DNA of 64,000 nucleotides, taken from Octopus vulgaris. Lineage: Eukaryota. The stretch lies in contig OX597821.1 of the NCBI GenBank assembly GCA_951406725.2, forward strand, positions 68,076,001 through 68,140,000. Reading direction: 5' to 3'. How positions within the stretch are numbered: position 1 is the stretch's first letter; each line of letters starts with the position of its first letter. The notes beneath the pieces are model-generated. The model was given only the letters and a program-made list of their open reading frames with translations, was not told the DNA's origin and did no database searches. A program made the translations under genes and the position numbers. This document shows, piece after piece, positions 27,999 to 40,940 of the stretch.

Positions 27999-28092
27999 CG
28001 GTTTTTTTGACTATTTATTAAAATTTTATGTATTGATTAAGTCTTTCCTTGTTTGTTTTGCAAAATAGTGGTTTTGTCTCTAATAATATTTC

Positions 28093-28132
<40 letters not shown>

Positions 28133-28249
28133 GGATATATAGGTATATACATATATAGATAGATAATATATTCATTTTATATATGTATATATATATATAT
28201 ATATATATGGATATATAGGTATATACATATATAGATAGATAATATATGC

Positions 28250-28291
<42 letters not shown>

Positions 28292-28495
28292 TATATATAC
28301 ATATATGCATATATTTATATATGTATGTATATATATACATATATTTATATACATATATGTAGAGAGACACAGAGAGTGAGAGAGAGTGAGCGATTATATA
28401 TATATATATATATGACATCTGAAGACTATGGAAATATCTACAAAACTTTTCACTTTATTTTTTTCTCCAATTTAATTGCTTTTCTTATTTTACTC

Positions 28496-28534
28496 TTAGT
28501 TGAAAATGTCTAAAAGATAGAAACCGGTACTTAA
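28496..28534 (+). ncRNA. Degenerate hammerhead-like motif in a probable PLE terminal fragment
   Basis: TTAG-TTGAAAA-TGTC taaaa GATA-GAAACCGGTA-CTTAA. Helix III is palindromic (ACCGGT) but the CUGANGA box is mutated. Confidence 0.4.
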
Positions 28535-28789
28535 ATGTACTTCATGATAAAATTATTTTACCATTTTCTACCTTGACTTATTTTCTATATATTTATATGT
28601 ATTTATACATACATATAGATACATATATACATTTATTTATATATATATATATATATAACTATATATATATATATACTTATATATATATATATATATATAT
28701 ATATGCATACATGTATAATTATACCTACTTATATACACATATGAGTGCCGTTGGCGATTTCTTTTCCATCTTTGGACTTTTGCCTTTCA

Positions 28790-28824
28790 CCTTTCGACGA
28801 AGAGCTATGCTCGAAACGTCAAAC
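28790..28824 (+). ncRNA. Degenerate hammerhead-like motif (PLE terminal fragment about 28742-28925)
   Basis: TT-TCGACGA-A-GAGC tat GCTC-GAAAC-GTC-AAA; same layout as 41807-41845. Confidence 0.5.
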
Positions 28825-29498
28825 TCTCACATTTCACCGAACCTCAAACCAATACATTCCTTGTGTACGTCATCACGTTTATTTTTTTTATATTTTTTCA
28901 GTTTTTATCCGCTTATTTGAATTGACCATAGATATACGTATTCACACATACACACACAAAACACACAAGTACAGACAAACAAGCTCACACACACAACACA
29001 CACAGGTATCCGATACCGTACTACAGAAAATATCTATAGATTTTAGCCAACAGGGTATGTAATATAGAAGAGGAAATACCTTGTTTCCAGATACAATATA
29101 TTCGTAGATAAATGAAGGGGGAATGAATAGGACTAATTTCAAACCTACGTTGGGATTTCCTGAGTGACTGAGTACCATCCTTTACTTGTCATTGTAGAGA
29201 TTGCTTTTCAACCTATATGAATAATAAATCAGAAGGATTTACATTTTTGCCGGGGCTGACTGAAGTATGATGTAGAAACCACAAGAGGAAAAAAGTTGAA
29301 TTTCAGTCGCTATCGGTTTCAGCTAATTGAATTGAAATATTCATACACCACACCTGATGTTAAAATGCTATAATACTATTTTCTGTTCACCACTACTACT
29401 AATACATATGCATACATACATACATATATATATGTATACACACACATGTGTATATATACATATATATCCTTATTATTCACATCTGTCTATCTATCTAC

Positions 29499-29564
<66 letters not shown>

Positions 29565-29589
29565 CTCTGTCTCTCTGTCTGTTTGTCTC

Positions 29590-29745
<156 letters not shown>

Positions 29746-29980
29746 ATGAATGAGACCTTGATATTATGTAAATAGGGGAATTTATCTATAATATAATATG
29801 TGACAATTAGTCGGTTGCCATAATAAAACTCACAGTTTCGGATGTCGGGGCGGAATCTGCTCCGGCATCTCGTCAGTATTTAAGACAAACAAAAATACTA
29901 TGGAAATGACCGTTAAATAAAGGGCGATTACTCGAATCGGGAGAAAGTAAAAATAATCGAAGGTAAACACACGTTCATAG
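29746..29980 (-). mobile_element. PLE-type terminal repeat with a hammerhead motif at 29822-29880
   Basis: The minus strand reads AAATA-CTGACGA-GATGCCGGAGCAGATTCCGCCCCGACATCC-GAAAC-TGTGA-GTT-TTATT, with a long imperfect helix II. Downstream sequence matches 50755-50840. Confidence 0.7.
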
Positions 29981-30050
29981 AATCCGCGTATACGCGCATG
30001 TACATACATATACATGCGCGCACGCACACCCACGTGCATGTGCATGTATG

Positions 30051-30206
30051 CATGACTGCGTGGTAAGAAACTTGCTTTCCAACCATATGATTCCGAGTTC
30101 AGTCCCACTGCGTGGCATCTTCAGCAAGTGTCTCCTACAAAAGCTTTGGGCCAACTAAAGGTTTGTGAGTGGATTTGGTAGACAAAAACTGAAAGAAGTC
30201 TGTTGT
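30051..30206 (+). mobile_element. SINE family B 5' half, diverged
   Basis: GTGGTAAGAAACTTGCTT...TTCAGTCCCACTGCGTGGCA...AACTGAAAGAAG. Confidence 0.8.
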
Positions 30207-30479
30207 TTATATGTGTGTGTGTGCGTGTGTGTGTGTGTGCGTGCATGTGTGTGTGTGCGTGCATGTGTGTGTGTGCGTGCATGTGTGTGTGTGCGTGCAT
30301 GTGTGCATGTGCGTGTATGTTTATCTATGTGTGTGTGTGTGCTCGCGCCATTGTGTCAGGTAGGTAGGGGTGTATGTGTATGTGTGGGGGAGTGCGTATG
30401 TGCGTGTGAGTATTCGTGTGTTCTTTTTCTCCCTGACTGACCGTCTACTTGTTAGGTAGGTTGTGAAGGAATGTATCTT

Positions 30480-30900
30480 CTTTTGTTCATTTTTCTAAAT
30501 ATTAAGGTCTTGCACATCTTAATTGTTCCAGATACTGTGGCCGCGTGTGTGTATTCATAGATTAAATGCAACGGGCTTTATATGTAATGAGGAATCTCAA
30601 GAGTTTGGTGACGGTCTGTTTCAGTAATAATTGTTAGTCAATAGAAGGGTTTATATAATAGTTCTCTATGTCCAGTTGTTGTGAAATGTTAAAGAAATCT
30701 GAAGTCGTTTCAGGCTCTGGTCATTCATCTGAGAGTAAATAAGTGCTTTCTTGGGAAGGGCATAGGGGTAGAATCTTTACGCAACTCTTATCAGTTGCAA
30801 CCGTTTTAACACATTCCGGGTGGATTTCAAGCGTTAGCGACTGAGTCTCTTGATGTTATCTAACGATCTCATTCTTGATCTACCCCTAGTTTTCCTGTCA
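30480..30900 (-). mobile_element. Highly decayed 3' end of an R4-like RLE LINE
   Basis: The minus strand has ATVSGTIKMCKTL, similar to the SITGTVK terminus at about 56750. The rest is barely recognisable and the boundaries are approximate. Confidence 0.35.
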
Positions 30901-32136
30901 GTTGGCTCATCATGAAAAATTCGTTTCACCATTCTTTTCTGCGATAGTCTAATCATATATCCGTAATAACGGACATGTAATTAGAATATCGCATACATAC
31001 ATCTCTCAATGTGGAGAAGTTGTGACTCGGCCTGGAGAAACTCCTTGATCTCCGGACTATGCACCCTGTCAAGTAACTTTACATCACAGATCCTTCGGAT
31101 AAACCCTATTTCAGTCGTTTGTATTCGCAGTTTTCTCTTTCAGTCATCACCCAAAAGTCATGACCAGGAACTTGTAAACATTTCGTAACACGAAACTAAG
31201 AAACAACACAAAATGCTGGCAAACAAAATGGTTGTCAGCTTATGTAATGTACACGAATAACACTTCCGGAACCTGTAAATACCAGAAGGCTGCGGTGTTG
31301 TTTTTATTCTTGTTGCATATCGCTAATTACTGCATATCATGTATTATTGTTAGTTTTACAATTTAGGCTGGATACAAATGTTTGCCAGTTTTCAGGGAGG
31401 TTTATATGTTATGTCATTGCTTAGTTGTTTGATGGTGAATTAGATTTCGCTTTTAATATGTTGTGCTTCTGGTTGCCTCTGGTTTTATGAAATTAGCTAT
31501 TTCTGGTGTGTAATTAGGATTATATTTCTCCACGTTGCTCCACGGGGTATGTTTTTCTAAATGCGTCTATAGTTATTTTGCTGAGGTATAACGATGTGTA
31601 TGTTTGTGATTGTGGCATTGTTAAATTCTGAAAGTTTTACTTCGGCTTCTTTGTGGAACTCGCAAAATTATGTTTTTTAAAGCTTGCAAATGTGTTTTTG
31701 CTTTCTTTGTTCTAGTGTAAGTATATTGTAACGATAATTAGCAGATGGTTCGAAGAAGGCTTGAGTCTTGTTTGCCAATTGCTTGTTGCAGTCACCTGTG
31801 GAGATCATGATGTGATGTCTGGGAAATATTTGTTGTTGTTGGCGTGTTGAACGATACATATGTATATTGGCATGCATTGTTTAGGATGTAGTGGGAGTCT
31901 AGTAACAATGATTTTACGTCACCTCTATTGTTATGTGTAATATTTGAAAACCTGGATGTGATATATGCATTCAGGTCTCCAACAATGAATGACTATGGAA
32001 AAATGGAAAAGTACTGTACATCTGAGGTTTTTAATCTACCCAGCCTCCACACAAACATGGTCGCTCCCTGGTAAGATATTGCTAATTATTCTACTTTAAG
32101 TAAAATGCTGCTCGCTGCAAAATATTTAGATATACA

Positions 32137-32296
32137 AGCGTGACTGTGTGGTAAGAAACTTGCTTTCCGATCACATGTTTCCGAGTTCAGTCCCACCGTA
32201 TGGCATCTTGGGCAAGTATTTTCTTCTCTATTGCCTCGGACCAACTGAAGCCTTATGAGTGGATTTGGTTGACGAAAACTGAAAGAAGCCCGTCGA
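32137..32296 (+). mobile_element. SINE family B 5' half
   Basis: Match to the family B head through GAAAGAAGCCCGTCG. Confidence 0.82.
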
Positions 32297-32548
32297 ATAC
32301 ATATATACTGTTGCAACAATTTCCACAAGGAAGTGGAAATTGCTGCAACAATAGTTGTAGTAGTAGTAATTGTAGTGTTGCTCCTGCATCAGTTGATGGT
32401 GGTGCTGCTGCTGTTGCTGTCGTCAATGGTGCTGGTGGTGGTATGGTGGTACTGGTGCTGGTAGTAGTTGTAGTAGTACTAATAGTAGTTGTAATAATAG
32501 TTAGTGAGACTGATAGCACTGGTAGTTATAATCGTGGTGGTGGCGCAG

Positions 32549-32610
<62 letters not shown>

Positions 32611-33081
32611 TATTTAATATCTTTTCGGGGCTACTGGTGTGGTCCTCGTCTTTTAGGTTGTAGGTGAAGCGTTGTTTCGTAACTTCCAAAGTGTAATTCG
32701 TCAGCAGAAGTACAATGATGCCACCACATGTCGGGGTCACACGGCAGATGGTAAAATAATTATGCCAAAATAGCCCACCTACCCTTGAAAACAATAAAAG
32801 GCAGGAACAAAAAAAAGAAAAAAAACGTTAATTTGGCGTCGCTCATTTCCTTTCTCTGGAAATTCTTGTAGATTTTTCTAATTATAATTAGCGAACGTTG
32901 CTTTTGTTATTCAACTTCCGACACTTTTCATGCTCCAAGAAGAAACTAATAATAGAAGATGTGCACATAATGAGATGTACCCCACTAACCAGCGTAGTCA
33001 AACACACGCGTACACACGTGCACATTCGAAGACACACACATGCACACACACACACACACACACACACGCCCACACATACAA

Positions 33082-33184
<103 letters not shown>

Positions 33185-33520
33185 ACTAATACACACAGAC
33201 ACAGTTCCGGGAGTGTATCTATATATGTGCGTTAGTGAGCGCATGTGTGTGTATGTGTAGGCGTCCGCTCGTGTGTATATGTGGAGTGAGAACAAGATCG
33301 CAGTCGAATATTACAAAGGGTATGCGTGTTTGCGTGTGTATGGGTAGATATTCACTTATAAAAACATACATACAGACAGACATACATATACGTGTGTGTG
33401 TGTGCGTGCGTGTGTGTGTATACATACTCACATACACTCGCCTACTTATAACGATATATATATATAGATATAGATATAGATATAGATATATATATTTATA
33501 AAATATATATATGTATGTGC

Positions 33521-33562
<42 letters not shown>

Positions 33563-33826
33563 ATATATATATATATATTCATATACATATACTATACACA
33601 GGTTGTTCAATATTTTTGTCTCCACTAATGCTGTCTGCCAACATAAGCCAATTAAGCTAAGAAAGTTTCTGCAAGTAAATTATACATCACAAAACTAATA
33701 AGTGACCAACGATATTGTTGATTAAAATGTATAATGTTCTATTTAAAATAAATATAGAAGACGCAGATTTGTTTTAGAAAGTTTAAATAAGGGGGTCCAA
33801 GCGTTCAAAGAACCATTAACGACAGC

Positions 33827-33875
<49 letters not shown>

Positions 33876-34226
33876 ATGTATATATGTGTGTGTGTGTGCA
33901 TGTGTATGTATGTATGTATGTACTTACATATACATATGACTGAATATATATATACTATGTGTGTATGTGTGTGTGTGTGCGTGTGTGTGTTGTGTGTAAA
34001 GAAGATAGTTGTTGTAGAACTTTATAATGGAAAGGAGAATAATATTTGTACTTTTGACGAAAGAGTTACCGATTTCGATCGCTTTCAGAAAACGATCTAC
34101 TCATGATGGAATAAAAGGGAAAATGAATTGAAATATTTAAGATGAAATTTGCTATTGATAGCATCAGTTCTGGGAATTCGCTTTTTCTTTTTATGATATC
34201 ATTATAAAGATTACATGGTACTGTGA

Positions 34227-34456
34227 GCGGCGAGCTGGCAGAAACGTTAGCACGCCGGGCGAAATGCTCAGCGGTATTTCGTCTGCATTACGTTGTGAGT
34301 TCAAATTCCGCCGAGGTCGACTTTACCTTTCATCCCTTTCGGGGTCGATAAATTAAGTACCAGTTACGCACTGGGGTCGATGTAATCGACTTAATACCTA
34401 TGTCTGTCCTTGTTTGTCCCCTCTGTGTTTAGCCCCTTGTGGGTAATAAAGAAATA
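34227..34456 (+). mobile_element. SINE family A, full length, with a 10-bp TSD
   Basis: GGTACTGTGA at 34217 and 34457. Confidence 0.92.
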
Positions 34457-34695
34457 GGTACTGTGATTTCGTTTCCTTTTTATTGTTGCTTGGCTAAAAG
34501 TGGACAACAGTAGTGGCCAGCAAGTGAAAGTGAGAACAAGCGTTGAGAGAGCTCTATTTCGACTAAGAGTGAATTATTTACTAAGTTATAGCACGATTAT
34601 TCATACGTAAGCAACCAGTGGTTTCATGCAAAGAGATGACTCTAATGAGATCTAATGAGATCCATGAATATTTTACATCCAACATGTCTGTTTTA

Positions 34696-34904
34696 GAGTA
34701 AAGATTGTTTGTCAACATAACATGGCAATCCTGGTTTAGGACGAATGTTGCTGTAATTTAGCGCCAGGAGACATCATCTCTAACTGGCTATATGACACGA
34801 TCTCTGTCCTTATAATTTCGAACAAGCGAATCTAGCACCCCCACTCAGCTCAAAACAATATCTGAGTATCGCGATTTCCGGGTTATTTCTCTTCATCAGC
34901 ACAT

Positions 34905-34935
<31 letters not shown>

Positions 34936-35119
34936 TCATATATAGAGGTGACGCTGCGAAATTCCTGTTTGATATACATAGTTTTCAACTAGTCACTTAC
35001 TATAAGGGCACAGATCGTGTCGTATAGCCAGCTGGAGACGATGTCCTCGGGGGCTAAATTACAGCAACATTCGTCCTAAACCAGGACTGTCATTTTATGT
35101 TGGCAAATAATCTTTACTC
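34696..35119. repeat. Diverged inverted repeat (34696-34813 / 35001-35119) around (TA)n, probable PLE termini
   Basis: GAGTAAAGATT...GGTTTAGGACGAATGTTGCTGTAATTTAGC...CCTTATA versus its reverse complement, about 80% identical by eye. Confidence 0.8.
34863..34903 (-). ncRNA. Minimal type I hammerhead-like motif
   Basis: The minus strand reads TGTG-CTGATGA-AGAG aaataa CCCG-GAAATCGCGATA-CTCA: intact core boxes, palindromic helix III ATCGCGAT, mismatches in helices I and II. Confidence 0.65.
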
Positions 35120-35298
35120 CAAAGTACTGTTGCTGAATATCTCTCGTTGTGTGATTAAAAAATAAAGTCTTTTGCTATTTGGGCAGATCCAACGAATATA
35201 GAATGTACACAAACCGGCTTAGAAATTACTTCCTAAGTAAAACCAGTGGTAGCCCGTATGTGTATAATTATGTCGTAGGGATTATACATACATAAATA

Positions 35299-35646
35299 TT
35301 CTTTTATTCTTTTGCTTGTTTCAGTCGCTTTGACTGCGGCTCTGCTGGAGCACCGCATTTAGTTGAACAAATCGACCCCAGGACTTATTCTTTATGCGCC
35401 TAATGCTTATTCTTATGCCGAAGCGCTAAGTTACGAGGACGTAAACACATCGATATTGGCTGTCAAGCGATGGTGAGGGGACAAACGGAGACACATGCAC
35501 ACACACACACACGTACGTGTGTGTCCATCAAATCCACTCACAAGGCTTTGGTTGGCTCGAGGCTATAGTAGAAGACAGGCATTTGTCCAAGGTTCCACGC
35601 AGATGGACTGAACCCGGGACTATGTGGTTGGGAAGCCACTCCTGCG

Positions 35647-35696
<50 letters not shown>

Positions 35697-35831
35697 TATA
35701 TATATACATATACATATATATATATACATACATGCATGCATACATACATATATACATACATATATTTGTCCAAGGTTCCACGCAGATGGACTGAACCCGG
35801 GACTATGTGGTTGGCAAGCCACTCCTGCGCC

Positions 35832-35832
<1 letters not shown>
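35299..35832 (-). mobile_element. SINE family B with a tandem duplication of its 5' head and adjacent microsatellite
   Basis: Family B in reverse at 35299-35649. ATTTGTCCAAGGTTCCACGCAG...CCTGCGCC is repeated at about 35581 and 35764. Confidence 0.85.
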
Positions 35833-35865
<33 letters not shown>

Positions 35866-36107
35866 TATATATATATATACATATACATATATATATATAT
35901 ATATACATACATGCATGCATACATACATGCATGCATACATACATACATACATACATACATACATACATACATACATACATACATACATACATACATACAT
36001 ACATACATACATACATACATACATACATACATACATACATACATACATACATACATGGATAGAGTGAATCACAAACAGATGCTATAGTTGCTGCCATTAT
36101 TATTATT

Positions 36108-36651
36108 GAGAAAACAGTGCTTGCCATCAAGGTGACACCAGGGTAAAATATACAAAGCCCAATATACCCATCATGACTACCTGTCTGATAAGGGTACACC
36201 AGGCACATGCATCACAACCAAATATGCGCGACATGGTGATCCCATATCAAGATAAACAGCACATGACCTTGTAGGTGGGGCCCAGTTAGAATTTTCTTGA
36301 CCCCATCCCGCTCAAAAGGTCCCTGAATAAGGGTTATTTAAGGATGTTTTACAAAACGCTCATGTTTGCAAAAGTGAATTATTGAAACCTCAAAGAATTC
36401 CTCTCTGCACATGGCTATGATACTCCCCCACTACTTCTGCCCATGATCAGGGATGCACGTATCGTCAACCGCTAAGAGACATGGTCAACTGGTTAAAGTC
36501 AAACAACTGACAGGCAAATCTGTGGTATTGAGCAGAATATTTGCAGTAGCCCATCTTTTATACCAAGACAAAACAATGTACATGATAACACTTCCAATCA
36601 GTTAAGATCAGAAGCCATGAGAGCCACTGCCTGGTACTGCATCATGGCATT
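36108..36651 (-). mobile_element. 557-bp element, copy 5 (near full length)
   Basis: Colinear with 724-1280; (ATT)4 on the left and a long (ATT/ATC)n on the right. Confidence 0.85.
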
Positions 36652-36671
36652 TATTATTATTATTATTATTA

Positions 36672-36729
<58 letters not shown>

Positions 36730-37768
36730 CATCATCATCATCATCATCATCATCGTCGTCGTCGTCATTATTATACTTTACTTCTCAGGGTTCTCGATCT
36801 TACTTGCTCTGGTTGATTCTGTAAGTGCGTACAGCAACATGTTGTGAAAGGTTTCACGGGGTCTCTTTTCAAAACTTATAAACTTTGGAACCTGGAGCCG
36901 ACAAAATAAAGTACCAGTCCAGAATTGGGGCCCGTAGTCTCGACTAAAGACTCCTCAAAATTTTCGCTCCTTATGACTTTATTAGAAAGAATTGTTATTA
37001 GTGGTGGGCCAGATTGAAAGGGCTGATGACAGACACATTTCTCTTTGAGCCAGCTCTCATCAACTTTTGAAATTGCATTTAGAAATAAAGTGCTGCCTCC
37101 AATAAAAAAATTTTGAAAGGGCTGATGAGAGCGGTAAACATGGAACGGATGAAGGGCCTGATGCATACATGCAGAATAGAGGAGGACAACGAGATGACCC
37201 TTGTGATGTGAGGTTTACGAAAGTAACCTTCGGTGGTTTCCCACTTTTTGAAGAATTCTTTGAATGTCTTGTTTCGTCCTTTCTGTTATTTTCCTTCTTA
37301 CGTTCTGTACCTTCTTCGATAAATTTGCCAAGAAAACATTGTTGCTGTTCTTGTCGTTGTTATTCTTGTTACTGCTGTTATTATTGTTGCTCTTTTCGAA
37401 GTTATTGAATTTCCTAGCTATTTTCGCTTTGCTAATATGCCATTTCTGGAAAACTCTATTCTTCCCTAAATCAAGTAATGGAAAAATAATCAAGTTTAGT
37501 TAAACCACGCTCCTTCTGATAAAGAATCCTGCACAAAACTTGGTGAGTAATATATAAACAATAAAATAATGTAGTACAAGTTGAGCAAAGGATCACGCAT
37601 ACTAGTTAACGAAAAAATTCAAAAACCTCCCTGATTTATGAAGAAAAGTTCTCATATATCAAATCATTAAGAATGAAATGTCCGATTTTGAATTTGGTAG
37701 TACTTTGAACTATTTGGGAATAGCATTTCTTCAGTTCATTATCAGACAATATTATAATGCTACCGTAA

Positions 37769-37981
37769 AGCGGCGAGCTGGCAGAGTCGTTATCACACCG
37801 GGGAAAAATGCTCAGCAGCATTTCATCCGTCTTTACATTCTGGGTTCAAATTCCACCGAGGTCGGTTTTTGCCTGTCATCCTTTCGGGGGATGAAAATAA
37901 GTACCAGTTGAGCACTGGGGCTGGTGTAATCGACTTACTTCTCCCCCGAAATTGCTGGCCTTGTACTAAAATTTGAAATGA
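37769..37981 (+). mobile_element. SINE family A (tail 2 type), older copy
   Basis: Family A head and core; imperfect TSD ATTATAAT..TACC. Confidence 0.85.
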
Positions 37982-38384
37982 ATATTATAATAGTACCTGA
38001 TTCACTGTCACTTCTTTATGTATCAGGTTTGAATTTGCCGTTATATAAAAGCAGTATCTTGGTTGCATATTGTTCAAATAACTTATTTCCATTTCGATGA
38101 ACTCCAGTCATTGTAGAAAATGGAATTTTCTTAGATTTTCCGAAAAATATAACTTGAATCTAGATTGAAGTTTACCTGTTTGTGTGCTGCATGGAATTAC
38201 AAGTGATGTTTTATTTGAAATAGCTAGCCAGTTCCTACTTAAATATTGGTTTTCCTATTTTTAAGTGATTGTCCGAGTGTTATTTATTTAAAGAGCTAAA
38301 ACATTTTAACAGAATTATATGGAAAAAGTGACAAAGAAAATTATTTTTTTTAAATATTAACAAAGGACAAGAAAGTGAAAAGAA

Positions 38385-38840
38385 CTAAAGAAATATTTGA
38401 AGTTATTGATGAAAATTTGTAACGGCAAATGAATATTATTGGTTTGCTAATTTTTAAACTTGAATAGAAAATAGAGGATTTTGAATAAGAAATGTTCTCA
38501 GTATTGACACATAATAAAATAAAGGAATATTTCATACGACTGATAGTGAAAACGTCACAAAAAGAATTATATTTCAAATATAAATACTTTTCAATGAATA
38601 ATGTTTCCATAATACTTACGTGACTGAGACTTAAAGAAATATAAAAATATTTGAAGCTATTGATAAAGAATTGTAGCGGTAAACGAATATGGGTTTAACC
38701 ATTTTTTTTTTAATTGAAGAGAAAGTGGAAACTTTTCAAAGAGAAATGTTCCTACTCTTGACACGTTTAAGAAATAACAAACGTTTGAAGTGAATGACAG
38801 TCGAAATTTCACAAAAGGAATTACCATTTAAATATAGAAT
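38385..38840 (+). repeat. Old tandem duplication with a period of about 255 bp
   Basis: AAATATTTGAAG(T/C)TATTGAT...GAAATGTTC...TTGACAC...TCACAAAA(A/G)GAATTA recur colinearly from about 38390 and 38647. Confidence 0.7.
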
Positions 38841-39089
38841 TAAAATCAATGCATACATGTGACTAGTGTTACTAGTGTTGCGACAAATTGTTTTTAGAGC
38901 AACAGACAAAATAAATTTCAGTATTTATTCCGTGTCCCTAAGCTGTGAGCAGAAATTGTACTGCGGTCAAATTTTCTTTTCACCCTTTCAGGAACCAATA
39001 AATTAAGGCTCCAGAGCAGTAGATAATTACCCGTTGTCCTCGCCATGAATCGCACGATTTTTTGCAGTGCGTTTATGACACTACAGTAA

Positions 39090-39360
39090 AAATCTTCCCA
39101 GTTAAAGGTGGGTTCTCCCATTGGATGAAGCCATAGTATCATAGTGTTTTTCCGGCAGAGATATTTGGGTAGTTTGTCATTGCCTTCTCCAACTGGATGA
39201 CGACTTTGCCTTCGACAGACCTTGTTTTCAGTTCTGCTGGAGAACAAGACACCATCCTCACAAAAATAGTAAGCCCACTCAAGTGGAGTAACCGGCTTAG
39301 TTGTCAACCACTCGACTATGGAACAGGTAGTACTGGTTTACATCCCTGACCTGACTATAA
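39090..39360 (-). mobile_element. RTE (Bov-B-like) 5'UTR-related fragment
   Basis: Minus strand GGAGAAGGCAATGACAAACTACCCAAATATCTCTGCCGGAAAAACACTATGA resembles the Bov-B/Bov-A motif GGAGAAGGAAATGGCAACCCACTCCAGTATTCTTGCC. Confidence 0.5.
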
Positions 39361-40258
39361 GTGGATTAAACGATTGTTAAAAGGACGGATGAGACTTTTT
39401 GCATTAACTTTACGTACTCTGCTCAAATTCAGTCATTTACGATAATCACCAAACCACTACGACCGGACCCTGTCCAACCTGCAATTAGTCGATGTGGCAG
39501 TTAAGTCTGTCTACAAGCAGTATAAATAACAAAAATCAGCGGTGTCTTCAGATTTTATCCACCAGGGAATCGAATATGGCTACATCCAATGGAATTAATA
39601 GCGTTTCTGTGATACTAACGGACCAAATTTGGGAACGATATTACCTAAAGAAGGCAAAAACATGTTGGACTTTGAAGTGGATGTATGACACAAGAATGTC
39701 TACGGAGACACTGTGGAAGAGAATGTGTAGGAAATGGATGAAATAAGGAATAAAGACTTATAGCTTTTACAACAAGATTGTGAATATTTTATAAAGATAT
39801 TCAAAGTCTTTGAGAGTGTATCAATCGAAATAAAATTATATGGAAACATTCATTATGAGATGGTGAATAACAATATATATGCTTTTCTAGGTGATCTTTT
39901 TGTAATTTCAGAGCTAATAGGGAATGGACAAGCAGGCATACATTCATGAATATACATTAGGATAATCATATTCAGGAACGAACATATCCGAAATATGTGC
40001 TTCAGCGTTTATGTGCGTGCGAGCGCAATTCATAACTATATATCTGTGAAAAAGTATATGCGGATGTAATAGCATTCATATAAATTTGATGTGACTAGAC
40101 AACAAGACGCGTTTCAATCAGACTAAAGAAATAATTTAGAATTCTAAAATTTTGAGATCACATAGCAATTTATTTAAGTAACATCTTGGCTTTAGCCATT
40201 AATGTGCGTAGATATTTATGCATGTATGTATGTGTGTGTATGTATATATGTATGAATA

Positions 40259-40310
<52 letters not shown>

Positions 40311-40485
40311 CACATTTATATATATATACAATATATATATGTATATATATATACATATATATATATATATACATACATTTATATATATATATGTATGTAT
40401 ACACACACACACACATATATATATATGGCTTTAACAATGAATATGTGTGTAGATATATGTATGTATGTATTTATGTATGTCTGCA

Positions 40486-40522
<37 letters not shown>

Positions 40523-40576
40523 GTATGTATAAATATATATTATGTATGTAATTATAAACATACATATGTGTGTGTG

Positions 40577-40616
<40 letters not shown>

Positions 40617-40617
40617 A

Positions 40618-40940
40618 AGGCGTGTGGCTTAGTCGTTGGGATATTCAGCTCATGATCATAAGGTCGTGAGTTCAATTCCCGGCGACGCGTGGTGTCCTTG
40701 TGCAAGACACTTTATTTAACGTTGCTCCAGTCCCCTCAGGTGGCAAATATGAGGAGTACTTGTATTTCAAACGGCCATCCTTGTCACTTTTTGTGTCACG
40801 ATGAATTTCCCTGAAAACTGTGTTAAGGGTACACGTGTCTGTGGAGTGCTCAACCGCTTCAACGGTAATTTCACAGGCAGGCCCTTCCGTTGATTGATAT
40901 CACCTGGGACCCTTGCCGTCGAAACCGACAGAGTGCTCCG
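40618..40940 (+). mobile_element. SINE family C (head H1, tail T1)
   Basis: GGCGTGTGGCTTAGTCG...GAGTTCAATTCCC...GTGTCCTTGTGCAAGACAC...CCGACAGAGTGCTCC. Confidence 0.88.

Larger units (their letters stand above)
25705..28091. mobile_element. Penelope-like element terminal repeats as a 2.3-kb inverted repeat inside (TA)n
   Basis: About 25794-26925 is the near-perfect reverse complement of about 26945-28091. Each arm carries a hammerhead motif near its outer end; the left arm has about 90 extra terminal bp. Confidence 0.8.

Noticed and set aside
37015-37135. Two TGAAAGGGCTGATGA motifs as hammerhead cores
   Set aside because: No properly placed GAAA box or helices downstream; more likely short subterminal repeats.
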